DNA from: Octopus sinensis | Taxonomy: Eukaryota | DNA length: 64,000 nucleotides | NCBI RefSeq assembly: GCF_006345805.1 | Contig: NC_043022.1 | Location: 10,850,001-10,914,000 of the forward strand | Direction: 5' to 3' | In this document: positions 38,863 to 49,493 of the stretch, in pieces | How the letters are laid out: every line of letters starts with the position of its first letter | Numbering within the stretch: the first letter of the stretch is position 1 | Program-made: the position numbers and the translations under genes | The notes under the pieces: model-generated | Database searches by the model: none | The model's input: the letters and a program-made list of their open reading frames with translations, nothing else | Told to the model about the DNA's origin: nothing

Positions 38863-41807
38863 TAGCAACTGCCATTTGGTGCATGAGAGAGTTTGATGCA
38901 GCTGCCCTCATCTGCACCTCCTGCCGTGAAGTTGGTTCATCCGGGACACCTGACAGGAAGAGATCCAGTCCTACTTTAAAGACATCCGCATCTACACCAT
39001 GCAGGTCCCTCAGGTTCTTCGCGAGGATATTGAAGAGCTGTGGGCCTCTGAAGCCCAGGCTATCACAGTATCTTGTCCTACATCTTGATGGCAAATTTGG
39101 AGTCCTTGGTACCACGCAGCGGTGCCCGGTTCTGGCATTTGTGTGACTCTCGATGCCAAAGTTTGGGACAAGTCCTTCCAGGATCTTCCAGATATATATT
39201 ATGGCATATCACTCTCGCCTACGCTCCAAGGAATAGAGTTTTAATCTCTTGAGTCTTTCCTAGTAGCTTATATGCTGCACAGAGGCTATCTTCTTCGTGT
39301 AGCTTCGTTGGATCGCCTCAAGTTCTGTGATCGACTTGACACTGGATGGTGACCATAGCTGAGAGCAATAGTCAAAGTGGCTTAGGACAAGTGTCCTCCA
39401 GAGGACCATCATGGTTTCTTGTTCTCTTGTTCTAAAGGTTCTAAGAATCCATCCGGCCAGCCGTCTACATTTCATTGCCAGTTTAGCAACATGTACATGA
39501 ATGGTTGCGTCATCACTCATGTGAATACCCAGGTCACGCACTGATTGTGCCTCTGGGATTGCAATCCCTCCGGGTCCAGTGTATTCATTGGGTATTGTAT
39601 TCAGTTTTGCATGCTGATAGCATAAAGCTTGAAACTTTTCAGCATTGAACTGCATGCTATTCTTTTCAGCCCACTTGTATATTTCGTCCAGCTCACATTG
39701 CAGGTGCTTAGTGTCTTCAGGGTTCTATATTGCCTGTGAAACTTTTGTATCATCTGCATAACTTGTGATCGTGGCTCTCTACATGGCTGAGGGCATGTCT
39801 GAGAGGGCCATTATGAACAGTAGTGGTCCCAAAACAGTGCCCCTGGAACACCGCTCACTATTTGCGTGTTAATGGAAGTGGCCCCATTGGCTACTACCAC
39901 CTGACTTCTATCCTTCAGAAAGTCATGAAGTCATTCTCCCAATTTTCCAACTATGCCAAGATCACGCAGTTTGTGACATATGATTCCATGATCGACTTTA
40001 TCAAAGGCCTTTGCAAAGTCGAGATATATGACTTCCACATTTGAGTGGTTGAGCAGTCATTTCAGCACCCAGTCATAGTGTTGTAGGAGCTGAGTTAAGC
40101 AGCTTCTTCCTGGTTGGAAACCATGTTGGGTGTTAGGCAGCAAGTCATTTTCTTCAAGGAAGGTGATTAGTTTCCTTCTGACTATTCGTTCCATGACCTT
40201 GCTGATGTGTGAGGTCAGAGAGATAGGTCTGTAGTTCTTGGCCTCTGCTCTGCTACCTCCTTTATGAATAGGGCATATTTTACCTTCCTTCAGTTTTCTT
40301 GGAAGTTTGCCAGTTGCAAGGAAGCTCTGAAAGAGAGACTGCAGTGGTTTTGCTAGGACTCTCTTACATACTTTTAGGAGGATTGCTCGGAATCCATCGG
40401 GGCCAGTAGCTGAGTTTGTTTTAATCTCATCTATAGCCTTTATTACATCGTCTTCCTTTATATTGATGTAATCAATCATCGCCGCCTCTGACCCCATATC
40501 TGCAGTGGTGAAGAAGTTAGTTGGATTGCTGATTTGGAAATGCCCAAGGGGTGGGGTGAAAACACTCTTGAATTGCTCATTTAGTATTTCACTTACCCTC
40601 ATTGGATTTTCTGTGAGTGTGCCATCCCTTTCAAGGAGTGGCCCTATCCTACAGTGTACCGTAGCTGTTTCTTTGGCATACCTGTAGAAAGCTCTGCAGT
40701 TAAGATTTTATGTTGTCTATAGCCCAGGCTTCTTTGTCTGCTCTTTCCTTTTCATGGGAGAGTTGCAGACAATTTTCAATTTCCAACAGTTTCATTTTCA
40801 GGCGGGACTTTTCACTGCTTTCAATTTGTTTGTTTAGGTGATTTGAGATTTTTGTACACCGTCTCATTAAAATTTTCTTCTCTCTGGGGATTTTGTTCTT
40901 GTGTGCAGTGGCCTTTCTCTCTGGGACACATTTGTAGCATATGGCTTGCATTACAGACATGAATTGTTGAAGTTTCATGTCGATGTCTGGCGAGGAGAGA
41001 CATTCAGGCCAGTTTTGTTTGAGGATCTCTTTCTCAATTTGTTTCCAGTTTGCCTTATTGAAGTTCAAGCTGGAAAGATTCTGAGAGTTTCTTGTAGGCT
41101 GCATGTCCATGCTTTCCTTTGGCCCGTACATGGTCAGCTCTACCATGTTGTGATCCGAGAGTAGTGTCGGTGTCACTTTCACATTATGGATGAGATCCAT
41201 ATTATTTGTGAAGCAGAGATCCAGTGTGTTACCTGCCCTGGTTGGTTGGAGTATTACTTGCTCCATGTACAGGGTGTCGATGAGGTTTAGGAGGGACCTC
41301 GCCTGTCCTCGTTCACATCGTGTCATTCCTGGGAGAGAAAGGCCCTCGGGCCATCTGACATTGGGTAGGTTGAAGTCTCCCATGAGAAGTACACTTATGT
41401 GCTGTTCTAGTGTGACTAGAACTTCTATTTTTATAAGGCAGTCTTCAAACTTGCCCACATGGCTTGGGGCATCTGGAGGGCGATATGTAGCACACACAAC
41501 TACACCAAGTTGCCTTACATGTAAAATTAGTGTGTCACACACCGAGTTTGAGTATGACAAAAGGACCTGGGGTGTGAGGTCCTCACGGATGTACATAGCA
41601 ACTCCTCCATGACTCCTTTCTTTTCTGTCGGTCCATAGTACAACATACTGTGTATGTGTAATTCTATTCTGCTCTGCATGTCCGGTTTTAGGTGTGTTCC
41701 GTAAGTGCTATGCATAAGGCTTGATTGCATGCAACAAAGTTTCTCAAGAACGGGATTTTTGTCCTGTTACTGTGTGTTAGTAGTCCTCTGATGTTCAGAA
41801 GGAGCAT
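38863..41807 (-). pseudogene. LINE ORF2 (AP endonuclease + reverse transcriptase), copy 1, several stops and frameshifts
   Basis: Track ORFs 41688-41951, 40700-41596, 40057-40602, 39260-39655 and 38807-39115 are consecutive pieces. There is a CAG>TAG stop just upstream of SYADD. Confidence 0.9.
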
Positions 41808-42554
41808 CAAGATGAGGTGTATGCTGTTGCCGGTGGTGTCCACCTTGGGTCTATTTGCTGTGGTGGTCTTGTGAACTGTGGGTAGTCCCATCTGCGAGCT
41901 TGAGTTTGATGGAGCCAGATTAGCTGCTGTACAATCTTTTGTGCCATGCACAAAAAAGATTCTTGCTCAGCAGCTGCCCTTTCAACAACATCATGTTGGC
42001 GGTTTGTGGCACGCACCACATCTGTGTACCTCCGTTTTGGGGCAGGTGGTGCGTGGTCCATCCCTTTTCCTTTTGTTGATGGTTTGTTTCTTATCTGTTT
42101 AGTGTCTCTGCGGCAGGGTCCCTGATGTGCAAAGCGGCAGCCTGCACCTTCCTCTCCATGCCAGCAGGTACCTCTCAGGTAGATCCTACACACCCGTGTG
42201 CGCTGTTTGTTTCCATCCTTTTTGGTATATGGATAGTCAGTTCCACTTCTATTCCTGGCTGTTTCACCCTTTGGTCCTGCTTGAGCTTTTCTTTTAGTTC
42301 TTTTAGTTCTTCCTCCCTCCATTTTTTCCTTGGGTTCTTCATCTCCAGGGCCTTTGGTGCTGGTAGGAGCACTTGCACTTGGGTTCACTTCCCGGGCAGG
42401 TTTCTCACTCGAAACCTCTTCCCGGGTGTCCACCAGGTGGGGGTGACTTCTTTCATCACCACCCGCGTCTCCATCCTTGCCATCTTTGCCCTGTTCGTTC
42501 TCAAAGATGGCATCAAGCGTGCCAATGTGAGATCGTACAAGCGCATAGGAGCGT
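41807..42554 (-). CDS. LINE ORF1 (basic, C-x7-C-x8-C-x3-H zinc finger), copy 1, open up to the 5' truncation point
   Basis: CRIYLRGTCWHGEEGAGCRFAH. The frame stays open upstream of the called GTG start (..SYALVRSHIGTLDAIFENEQG..) to the element boundary. Confidence 0.75.
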
Positions 42555-42558
42555 ATAT

Positions 42559-43030
42559 ATCTCTTATTATAAAAGGCAGATTTTATCTCTTATTATAAAA
42601 GGCAGATTTTATCTGCCTCCCTTTGGGAGTTATACAAATCTACAATATAGGATTTCTTCAATTACAATTTACCTTGCATTTTTAAGAGTACAATGCATCG
42701 CGTCATGCCAGGTCCAGTTTTTAAAATTTAAACTCCAATTAAGCAAAATTTACAGAAAACTCACATTCTGGTGTGTGTGTCAAATGCTTTTCTTAGTCTG
42801 GTTTACAGCACACGCAAACGCACACACACAGTGGGCAACGAATAAAATGAAAGTAATTGACTTACTGTAGTGAGTGATTCTTTCACTCTGCCTCCTACTT
42901 CCTCTTTCAACACATAGACACGCAAATATATAAATAAAATTGTCAGCTAACGTGCGTGTGTGCGCGTGTGTGTGTGTGTGAGGGTGCGTGTGTGTGTGTG
43001 TGCGTGAGTGTGACAGGAAAGTTTTTTACA
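42559..43030 (+). mobile_element. possible Helitron-like 5' fragment
   Basis: Starts ATCTCTTATTATAAAA (TC + TATAAAA pattern). The first 26 bp are tandemly duplicated and followed by a small hairpin GGCAGA-TTTTA-TCTGCC. No CTAG 3' end found. Confidence 0.35.
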
Positions 43031-43063
43031 ACGAATATAACACCTATATCCAAGTAGCAGAAA

Positions 43064-43858
43064 GATAAGACAGTAAGGTGTGATTTGAGGGAGATTTGGC
43101 TGCTATTTCTACCATGTCTAGCTGCCATGTAGGGGTCTCCCTCATAGGCTCATACATACATATATACATAGATAAGACAGTAAGGTGTGATTTGGGGGAA
43201 ATTTGGCTGCTATTTCTACCATGTCTAGCTGCCATGTAGGGGTCCCCTCATAGGCTCATACATACATATATACATAGATAAGACAGTAAGGTGTGATTTG
43301 GGGGAAATTTGGCTGCTATTTCTACCATGTCTAGCTGCCATGTAGGGGTCCCCTCATAGGCTCATACATACATATATACATAGATAAGACAGTAAGGTGT
43401 GATTTGGGGGAAATTTGGCTGCTATTTCTACCAGGTCTAGCTGCCATGTAGGGGTCTCCCTCATAGGCTCATACATACATATATACATAGATAAGACAGT
43501 AAGGTGTGATTGGGGGAAATTTGCTGCTATTTCTACTAGGTCTAGCTGCCATGTAGGGGTCTCCCTCATAGGCTCATACATACATTATACATAGACAAGA
43601 CAGTAAGGTGTGATTTGGGGGAATTTGGCTGCTATTTCTACCAGGTCTAGCTGCCATGTAGGGGTCTCCCTCATAGGCTCATACATACATATATACATAG
43701 ATAAGACAGTAAGGTGTGATTTGGGGGAAATTTGGCTGCTATTTCTACCAGGTCTAGCTACCATGTAGAGGTCCCCCTCATTGGCTCATATATATATACA
43801 TACATAAGACAGTAAGGTGTGATTTGAGGGAGATTTGGCTGCTGTTTCTACCAGGTCT
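43064..43858. repeat. tandem array, ~7.5 copies of a ~106-bp unit
   Basis: Unit starts GATAAGACAGTAAGGTG at 43064, 43171, 43277, 43383, 43490, 43594, 43700 and ~43803. Confidence 0.95.
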
Positions 43859-44226
43859 GTTAGGCCTTCTCATGTAAACTCAAGCTTTCTCATGCCTTGA
43901 ACATAAGATCCAAAGCAGAGAATGTATTCTTTTATTCTTCTGCTTTTTCCAGCCATTGGTCTGTGGCCATGCTGGGGCAATGCCTTGAAGAATTGTAGTT
44001 TAATGAATCAACTCCAGTTTTATTTTTGTAAGCATTGTACTTATTCTATCTTGTTTCCTTTGTCAAACCACTAGGTGACAGGGATGTAAACAAACCACCA
44101 TTCGTTGTCAAGCAGTGGTGGAGGACAATCACAAGCACAGACACTCACACACACACACATACATGCATACACATTATACACACATACATACATACATACA
44201 TATATATATATGTGTGTATATATATA

Positions 44227-44481
44227 TTGCAGCGTGGAAGGTGTTTGTAAGCCATTTAAGAAACACACAAAAACCGTTACATTCACTTCAACATTTAAAT
44301 TTATTTGCCAAATATTTTCGTCGCTTGGACCGCGACCTGTTCACTGACAAAAATATCGTGCTAACAGGTCGCGGTCTCAAAGCGACGAGAATATTTTGAC
44401 AAATTAAATTTAAATGTTGAAGTGATCTACTAACGGTTTTTGTGTGTTTCTTAAATGGCTTAAACACCTTCAACGCTGCAA
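44227..44481. mobile_element. foldback / MITE-like palindromic element
   Basis: ~115-bp imperfect inverted arms (TTGCAGCG...GCGACCTGTT / AACAGGTCGC...CGCTGCAA) with a ~21-nt spacer. Confidence 0.8.
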
Positions 44482-44638
44482 CTGTTTTTGTTCCAGCACA
44501 CGATCTCAGATCAAGTCACTTGCTATGCAAGTACATCTCTGTAACTATATATATATTATATATATATATGTGTATTGGTAAAAACAGTAAGATAACAAAA
44601 GAAAGAAAGAGACCTCAGTATTATGTAAATAGAGGAAA

Positions 44639-45029
44639 TCTTTATATATAAAAGTGAGGTTGTGTCTGTGTCCTACGATTTAGATTCCTAACTACTCCCA
44701 CATTTTGCGGTGCAGTTTAACAAAACGGGTATCTTATAGTCGTGATTCATATCGAGACCGTCTGGGTATTAGCGCGCGTCTACGATGAGTCTACGATTTA
44801 AAAAAAAATTTACCATCAATTTTTCCCATTTTTAATCCATTTTTGACATATATAAGGGAAGTAACTCTCTAAAATTTATTATTAAATCTCAGAACGTAAA
44901 AAGCTACAGTAACACCCCTCCCCCTTTGTGGTTAGCCATATTGAGATGGCTATTATACTTTACATCTCTAACAATGCTTATATAATTATTTCCCTTACAA
45001 ACCCGAGCAACGCCGGGCGATACTGCTAG
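44639..45029 (+). mobile_element. non-autonomous Helitron (~390 bp)
   Basis: 5' TC-TTTATATATAAAA after an A; subterminal hairpin CCCG-AGCAACGC-CGGG; 3' CTAG followed by T (A|T insertion, no target-site duplication). Confidence 0.75.
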
Positions 45030-45130
45030 TATATATATATATGTATATATATATACGTATATGTATATGAATATATATATATATATATACGTATATATAT
45101 ATATACGTATATGTATATGAATATATATAT

Positions 45131-45536
45131 CATCATCATCATCATCGTCGTTTAACGTCCGTTCTCCATGCTAGCATGGGTTGGACGGTTCGACCGGGGT
45201 TCTGGGAAGCCAGAAGGCTGCACCAGGCTCCAGTCTAATTTGGCAATGTTTCTACAGCTGGATGCCCTTCTAACGCCAACCACTCCGTGAGTGTAGGGGT
45301 GCTTTTTACGTGCCACCTGCACAGTGCCAGGCGGGGCTGGCAACGGCCACGGTCAGATTGGTGTATTTTATGTGCCACCGGCACGGAAGCCAGTCGAGGC
45401 GGTGCTGGCATCGCCACGAGTCGGATAGTGCTTTTTACGTACCACCAGACCAGGGATCCTGGCTGGTTCAATTCGATTTCGATTTCGCTTGCCCCAACAT
45501 GTCTTCACAAGCAAAGGGGGTTGGCAAGGGTGCCTG

Positions 45537-45537
<1 letters not shown>
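45131..45537 (-). mobile_element. family C repeat (RTE-like 3' end, (GAT)n tail)
   Basis: Same tail and body motifs as 38336, but a different subfamily (roughly 80% similar by eye). Confidence 0.8.
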
Positions 45538-45574
<37 letters not shown>

Positions 45575-45728
45575 GTATATGTATATGAATATATATATAT
45601 ATATACGTATATATATATATATATACGTATATATATATATGTGTGTATACATATATGTATATATATATATGTGTGTATACATATATGTATATATATATAT
45701 GTGTGTATATGTATATATATGTTTGTAT

Positions 45729-45762
<34 letters not shown>

Positions 45763-45896
45763 ATGTATATATGTGTATATGTATATATATGTATATGTAT
45801 GATTGATTGATTGATTGATTGATTGATTCTAGTTTCAGCTTATGAGCTGTGGCCATGCTGGGGCACCGCCATTTGGTGTTGCTACTTGGTTTCACT

Positions 45897-48849
45897 TCAT
45901 GGAGGCTTTCTAGCAACTGCTATTTGGTGCATGAGAGAGTTCGATGCAGCTGCCCTCATCTGCCCCTCCTGCCGTGAAGTTGGTTCATCTGGGACACCTG
46001 ACAGGAAGAGATCCAGCTCCATTTTAAAGACATCTGTATCCACCCCATGCAGGTCTCTCAGGTTCTTCGGGAGGATATTGACGAGCTGTGGGCCTCGGAA
46101 GCCCAGGCTATCACAGAATCTTGTCCTACATCTTGATGGCAAGTTTGGAGTCCTAGGCACCACGCAGTGGCGCCCAGTTCTGGCATTTGCGTAACTCTCG
46201 ATGCCAAAGTTCAGAACACTTCCCTCCAGGATCTTCCAGATGTATATTATGGCATATCTTTCCCACCTAGCTCCAGGGAATATAATTTTAATCTCTTGAG
46301 TCTTTCCCAGTAGCTTACATTCTGCATAGAGGCTATCTTCTTCGTGTAGCTTCGTTGGATCGCCTCAAGTTCTGTGATCAACTTGACACTGGATGGTGAC
46401 CATAGCTGAGAGCAATAGTCAAAGTGGCTTAGGACAAGTGTCTTCCAGAGGACCATCATGGTTTCTTGTTCTCTTGTTCTAAAGGTTCTAAGAATCCATC
46501 CAGCCAGCCGTCTGCATTTCATTGTCAGTTTAGCAACATGTACATGAAAGGTCGCGTCATCACTCATGTGAATACCCAGGTCACGCACTGATTGTGCCTC
46601 TGGGATTGCAATCCCTCCGGGTCCAGTGTATTCATTGGGTATTGCATTCAGTTTTGCATGCTGATAGTATAAAGCTTGAAACTTTTCAGCATTGAACTGC
46701 ATGCTATTCTTTTCAGCCCACTTGTATATTTCGCCAGCTCATATTGCAGGTGCCTAGTGTCTTCAGGGTTCTGTATTGCCTGTGAAACTTTTGTATCATC
46801 TGCATAACTTGTGATCGTGGCTCTCTCCGCGTGGCTGAGGGCATGTCTGAGAGGGCCATTATGAACAGTAGTGGTCCCAAAACAGTGCCCTGTGGAACAC
46901 CGCTCACTATTTGCGTGCTAATGGAAGTGGCCCCATTGGCTACTACCACCTGACTTCTATTCTTCAGAAAGTCGTGAAGCCATTCTCCTAGTTTTCCAAC
47001 TATGCCAAGATCACGCAGTTTGTGACATATGATTCCATGATCGACTTTATCAAAGGCCTTTGCGAAGTCGAGATATATGACTTCCACATTTGAGTGGTTG
47101 AGCAGTTGTTTCAGCACCCAGTCATAGTGCTGCAGGAGCTGAGTTAAGCAGCTTCTTCCTGGTCGGAAACCATGTTGGGTGTCAGGCAGCAAGTCATTTT
47201 CTTCAAGGAAGGTGATTAGTTTCCTTCTGACTATTCGTTCCATGACCTTGCTGATGTGTGAGGTCAGAGAGATAGGTCTGTAGTTCTTGGCCTCTGCTCT
47301 GCTACCTCCTTTATGAATAGGGCATATTTTACCTTCCTTCAGTTTTCTTGGAGGTTTGCCAGCTGCAAGGAAGCTCTGAAAGAGGAACTGCAGTGGTTTT
47401 GCTAAGACTCTCTTACATACTTTTAGGAGGATTGCCGGGAATCCATCGGGGCCAATAGCTGAGTCTGTTTTCATTTCATCTATAGCCTTTATTACATCGT
47501 CTTCCTTTATATCAATGTAATTTATCGTCGCCGCCTCTGATTCTATATCTGCAGTGGTAAAGAAGTCAGTTGGATTGCTGATTTGGAAATGCCCAAGGGG
47601 TGGAGTGAAAACACTCTTGAATTGTTCATTCAGTATTTCACTTACCCTCATTGGTTTTCCTGTGAGTGTGCCATCCTTTTCAAGGAGTGGCCCTATCCTA
47701 CAGTGCACCGTAGCTGTTTCTTTGGCATACCTGTAGAAAGCTCTGGGGTTAGTTTTTATGTTGTCTATAGCCCAGGCTTCTTTGTCTGCTCTTTCCTTTT
47801 CATGGGAGAGTTGCAGACAATTTTCAATTTCCAACAGTTTTATTTTCAGGCGGGACTTTTCACTGCTTTCAATTTGTTTGTTTAGGTGATTTGAAATTTT
47901 TGTACGCCGTCTCATTAAATTTTTCTCTCTCTGGGGATTTTGTTCTTGTGTACAGTGGCCTTTCTCTCTGGGACACATTTGTAGCATATGGCTTGCATTA
48001 CAGACATGAATTGTTGAAGTATCATGTCGATGTCCGGCGAGGAGAGACATTCAGGCCAGTTTTGTTTGAGGATCTCTTTCTCAATTTGTTTCCAGTTTGC
48101 CTTATTGAAGTTCAAGCTGGAAAGATTCTGAGGGTTTCTTGTAGGCTGCATGTCCGTGCTCTCTTTTGGCCCGTACATGGTCAGCTCTACCATGTTGTGA
48201 TCCGAGAGTAGTGTCGGTGTCACTTTCACATTATGGATGAGATCCATATTATTTGTGAAGCAGAGATCCAGTGTGTTACCCGCTGCTGTTGGTTGGAGTA
48301 TTACTTGCTCCATGTACAGGGTGTTGGTGAGGTTAAGGACCTCGCCTGTCTCGTTCACATCTTGTCATTCTGGGAGAGAAAGGCCCTCGGGCATCTGACA
48401 TTGGGTATGTTGAAGTCTCCCATGAGAAGTACACTTATGTGTTGTTGTCTAATGTGGCTAGAACTTCTTCTATTTTTAAAAGGCAGTCCTCAACTTGCCC
48501 ATATGACTTGGGGCATCTGGAGGGCGATATGTAGCACACACAACTACATCAAGTTGCCTTATGTTACAATTAGTGTGTCACACACCGAGTTGAGTATGAC
48601 AAAAGGACCTGGGGTGTGAGTCCCCACGGATGTACATACTAAACTCCTCCATGACTTCTTTCTTTCCTGTCGGTCCGTAGTACAAACATACTGTGGTATG
48701 TGTAATTCCGCATCTGCTATGTCCGGTTTTAGATGCGTTTCTGTGAGTGCTATGCATAAGGCTTGATTGCATGCGACAAAGTCTCTCAGGAACGGGACTT
48801 TTGTCCTGTTACTGTGTGTTAGTAGTCCTCTGATGTTCAGTAGGAGCAT
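45897..48849 (-). pseudogene. LINE ORF2 (APE + RT), copy 2, frameshifted
   Basis: YLDFAKAFDKVDH and GVPQGTVLGPLLF in track ORF 46713-48050. YADD is present at 46795-46806 but put out of frame by a +2 GA slip. Confidence 0.92.
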
Positions 48850-49393
48850 CGAGGTGAGGTGTATGCTGTTGCCGGCGGTGTCCCCCTGGGTCCATCTGCT
48901 GTGGCGGTCTTGTGAACCATGGGCAGTTCCATCTGCGAGCCTGAGCCTGATGGAGCCAGGTTAGCTGCTGTACAATCTTTTGTGCCATGCACAAAAAAGA
49001 TTCCTGCTCAGCAGCTGCCCTTTCAACAACAACGTTGGTGGTTTGTGGTACGCAACCACATCTGCGTACCTCCGTTTTGGGGCCGGTGATGCGTGGTCCA
49101 TCCCATTTCCTTTTGGTGGTTGGTTTCTGTGGCAGGGTCCCGGATGTGCAAAGCGGCAGCCTGCACCTTCCTCTCCATGCCGGCAGGCACCTTTCAGGTA
49201 GAACCTACATACCCGTGTGCGCTGCTTGTTTCCATCCTTTTTGGCATATGGATAGTTAGGTTTGCCTCTATCCCTGGCTGCCTTGCCCCTTGGCTTTGTC
49301 TGAGTTTTAGCTTCAGTTTTTCCTCTTTTTTTGGCCTCTTCATATCCATGTCCATGGCTTTTGGTGCCGGTAGGAGCATCCGTACCTAGGTTC
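48833..49393 (-). pseudogene. LINE ORF1 (CCCH finger), copy 2, partial and frameshifted
   Basis: CRFYLKGACRHGEEGAGCRFAH; truncated by the N gap. Confidence 0.75.
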
Positions 49394-49493
49394 NNNNNNN
49401 NNNNNNNNNNNNNNNNNNNNNNNNNNNNNNNNNNNNNNNNNNNNNNNNNNNNNNNNNNNNNNNNNNNNNNNNNNNNNNNNNNNNNNNNNNNNN
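49394..49493. other. assembly gap (100 N)
   Basis: Exactly 100 Ns, which is typical of a placeholder scaffold join; the true distance is unknown. Confidence 0.98.

Larger units (their letters stand above)
38863..42554 (-). mobile_element. CR1-group non-LTR retrotransposon, copy 1 (5'-truncated within ORF1, 3' tail missing, defective)
   Basis: ORF1 with a CCCH finger followed by ORF2 fragments carrying APE motifs (LLNIRGL, LLMGDFNLP, NTLDLCF) and RT motifs (NYRPISLTSHISKVMERI, QHGFQPGRSCLTQLL, SYADD at 39749-39760, VRDLGI, LVLSHFDYCSQLWSP). Confidence 0.92.
45801..49393 (-). mobile_element. CR1-group non-LTR retrotransposon, copy 2 (complete 3' tail, 5' end cut by the assembly gap, defective)
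   Basis: About 93-98% identical to copy 1 in the sampled ORF2 segments. 3' UTR GGCGGTGCCCCAGCATGGCCACAGCTCATAAGCTGAAACTAGA followed by (ATCA)n. Confidence 0.93.

Noticed and set aside
41805-41809. TGATG stop/start overlap between LINE ORF1 and ORF2, suggesting coupled reinitiation
   Set aside because: Copy 2 has CGATG at this position with ORF1 continuing to a later TGA, so the copy 1 stop is probably a CpG-decay mutation.
43064-43858. CRISPR-like regular array
   Set aside because: Units are near-identical along their whole length with no unique spacers, the context is eukaryotic, and there are no cas genes.
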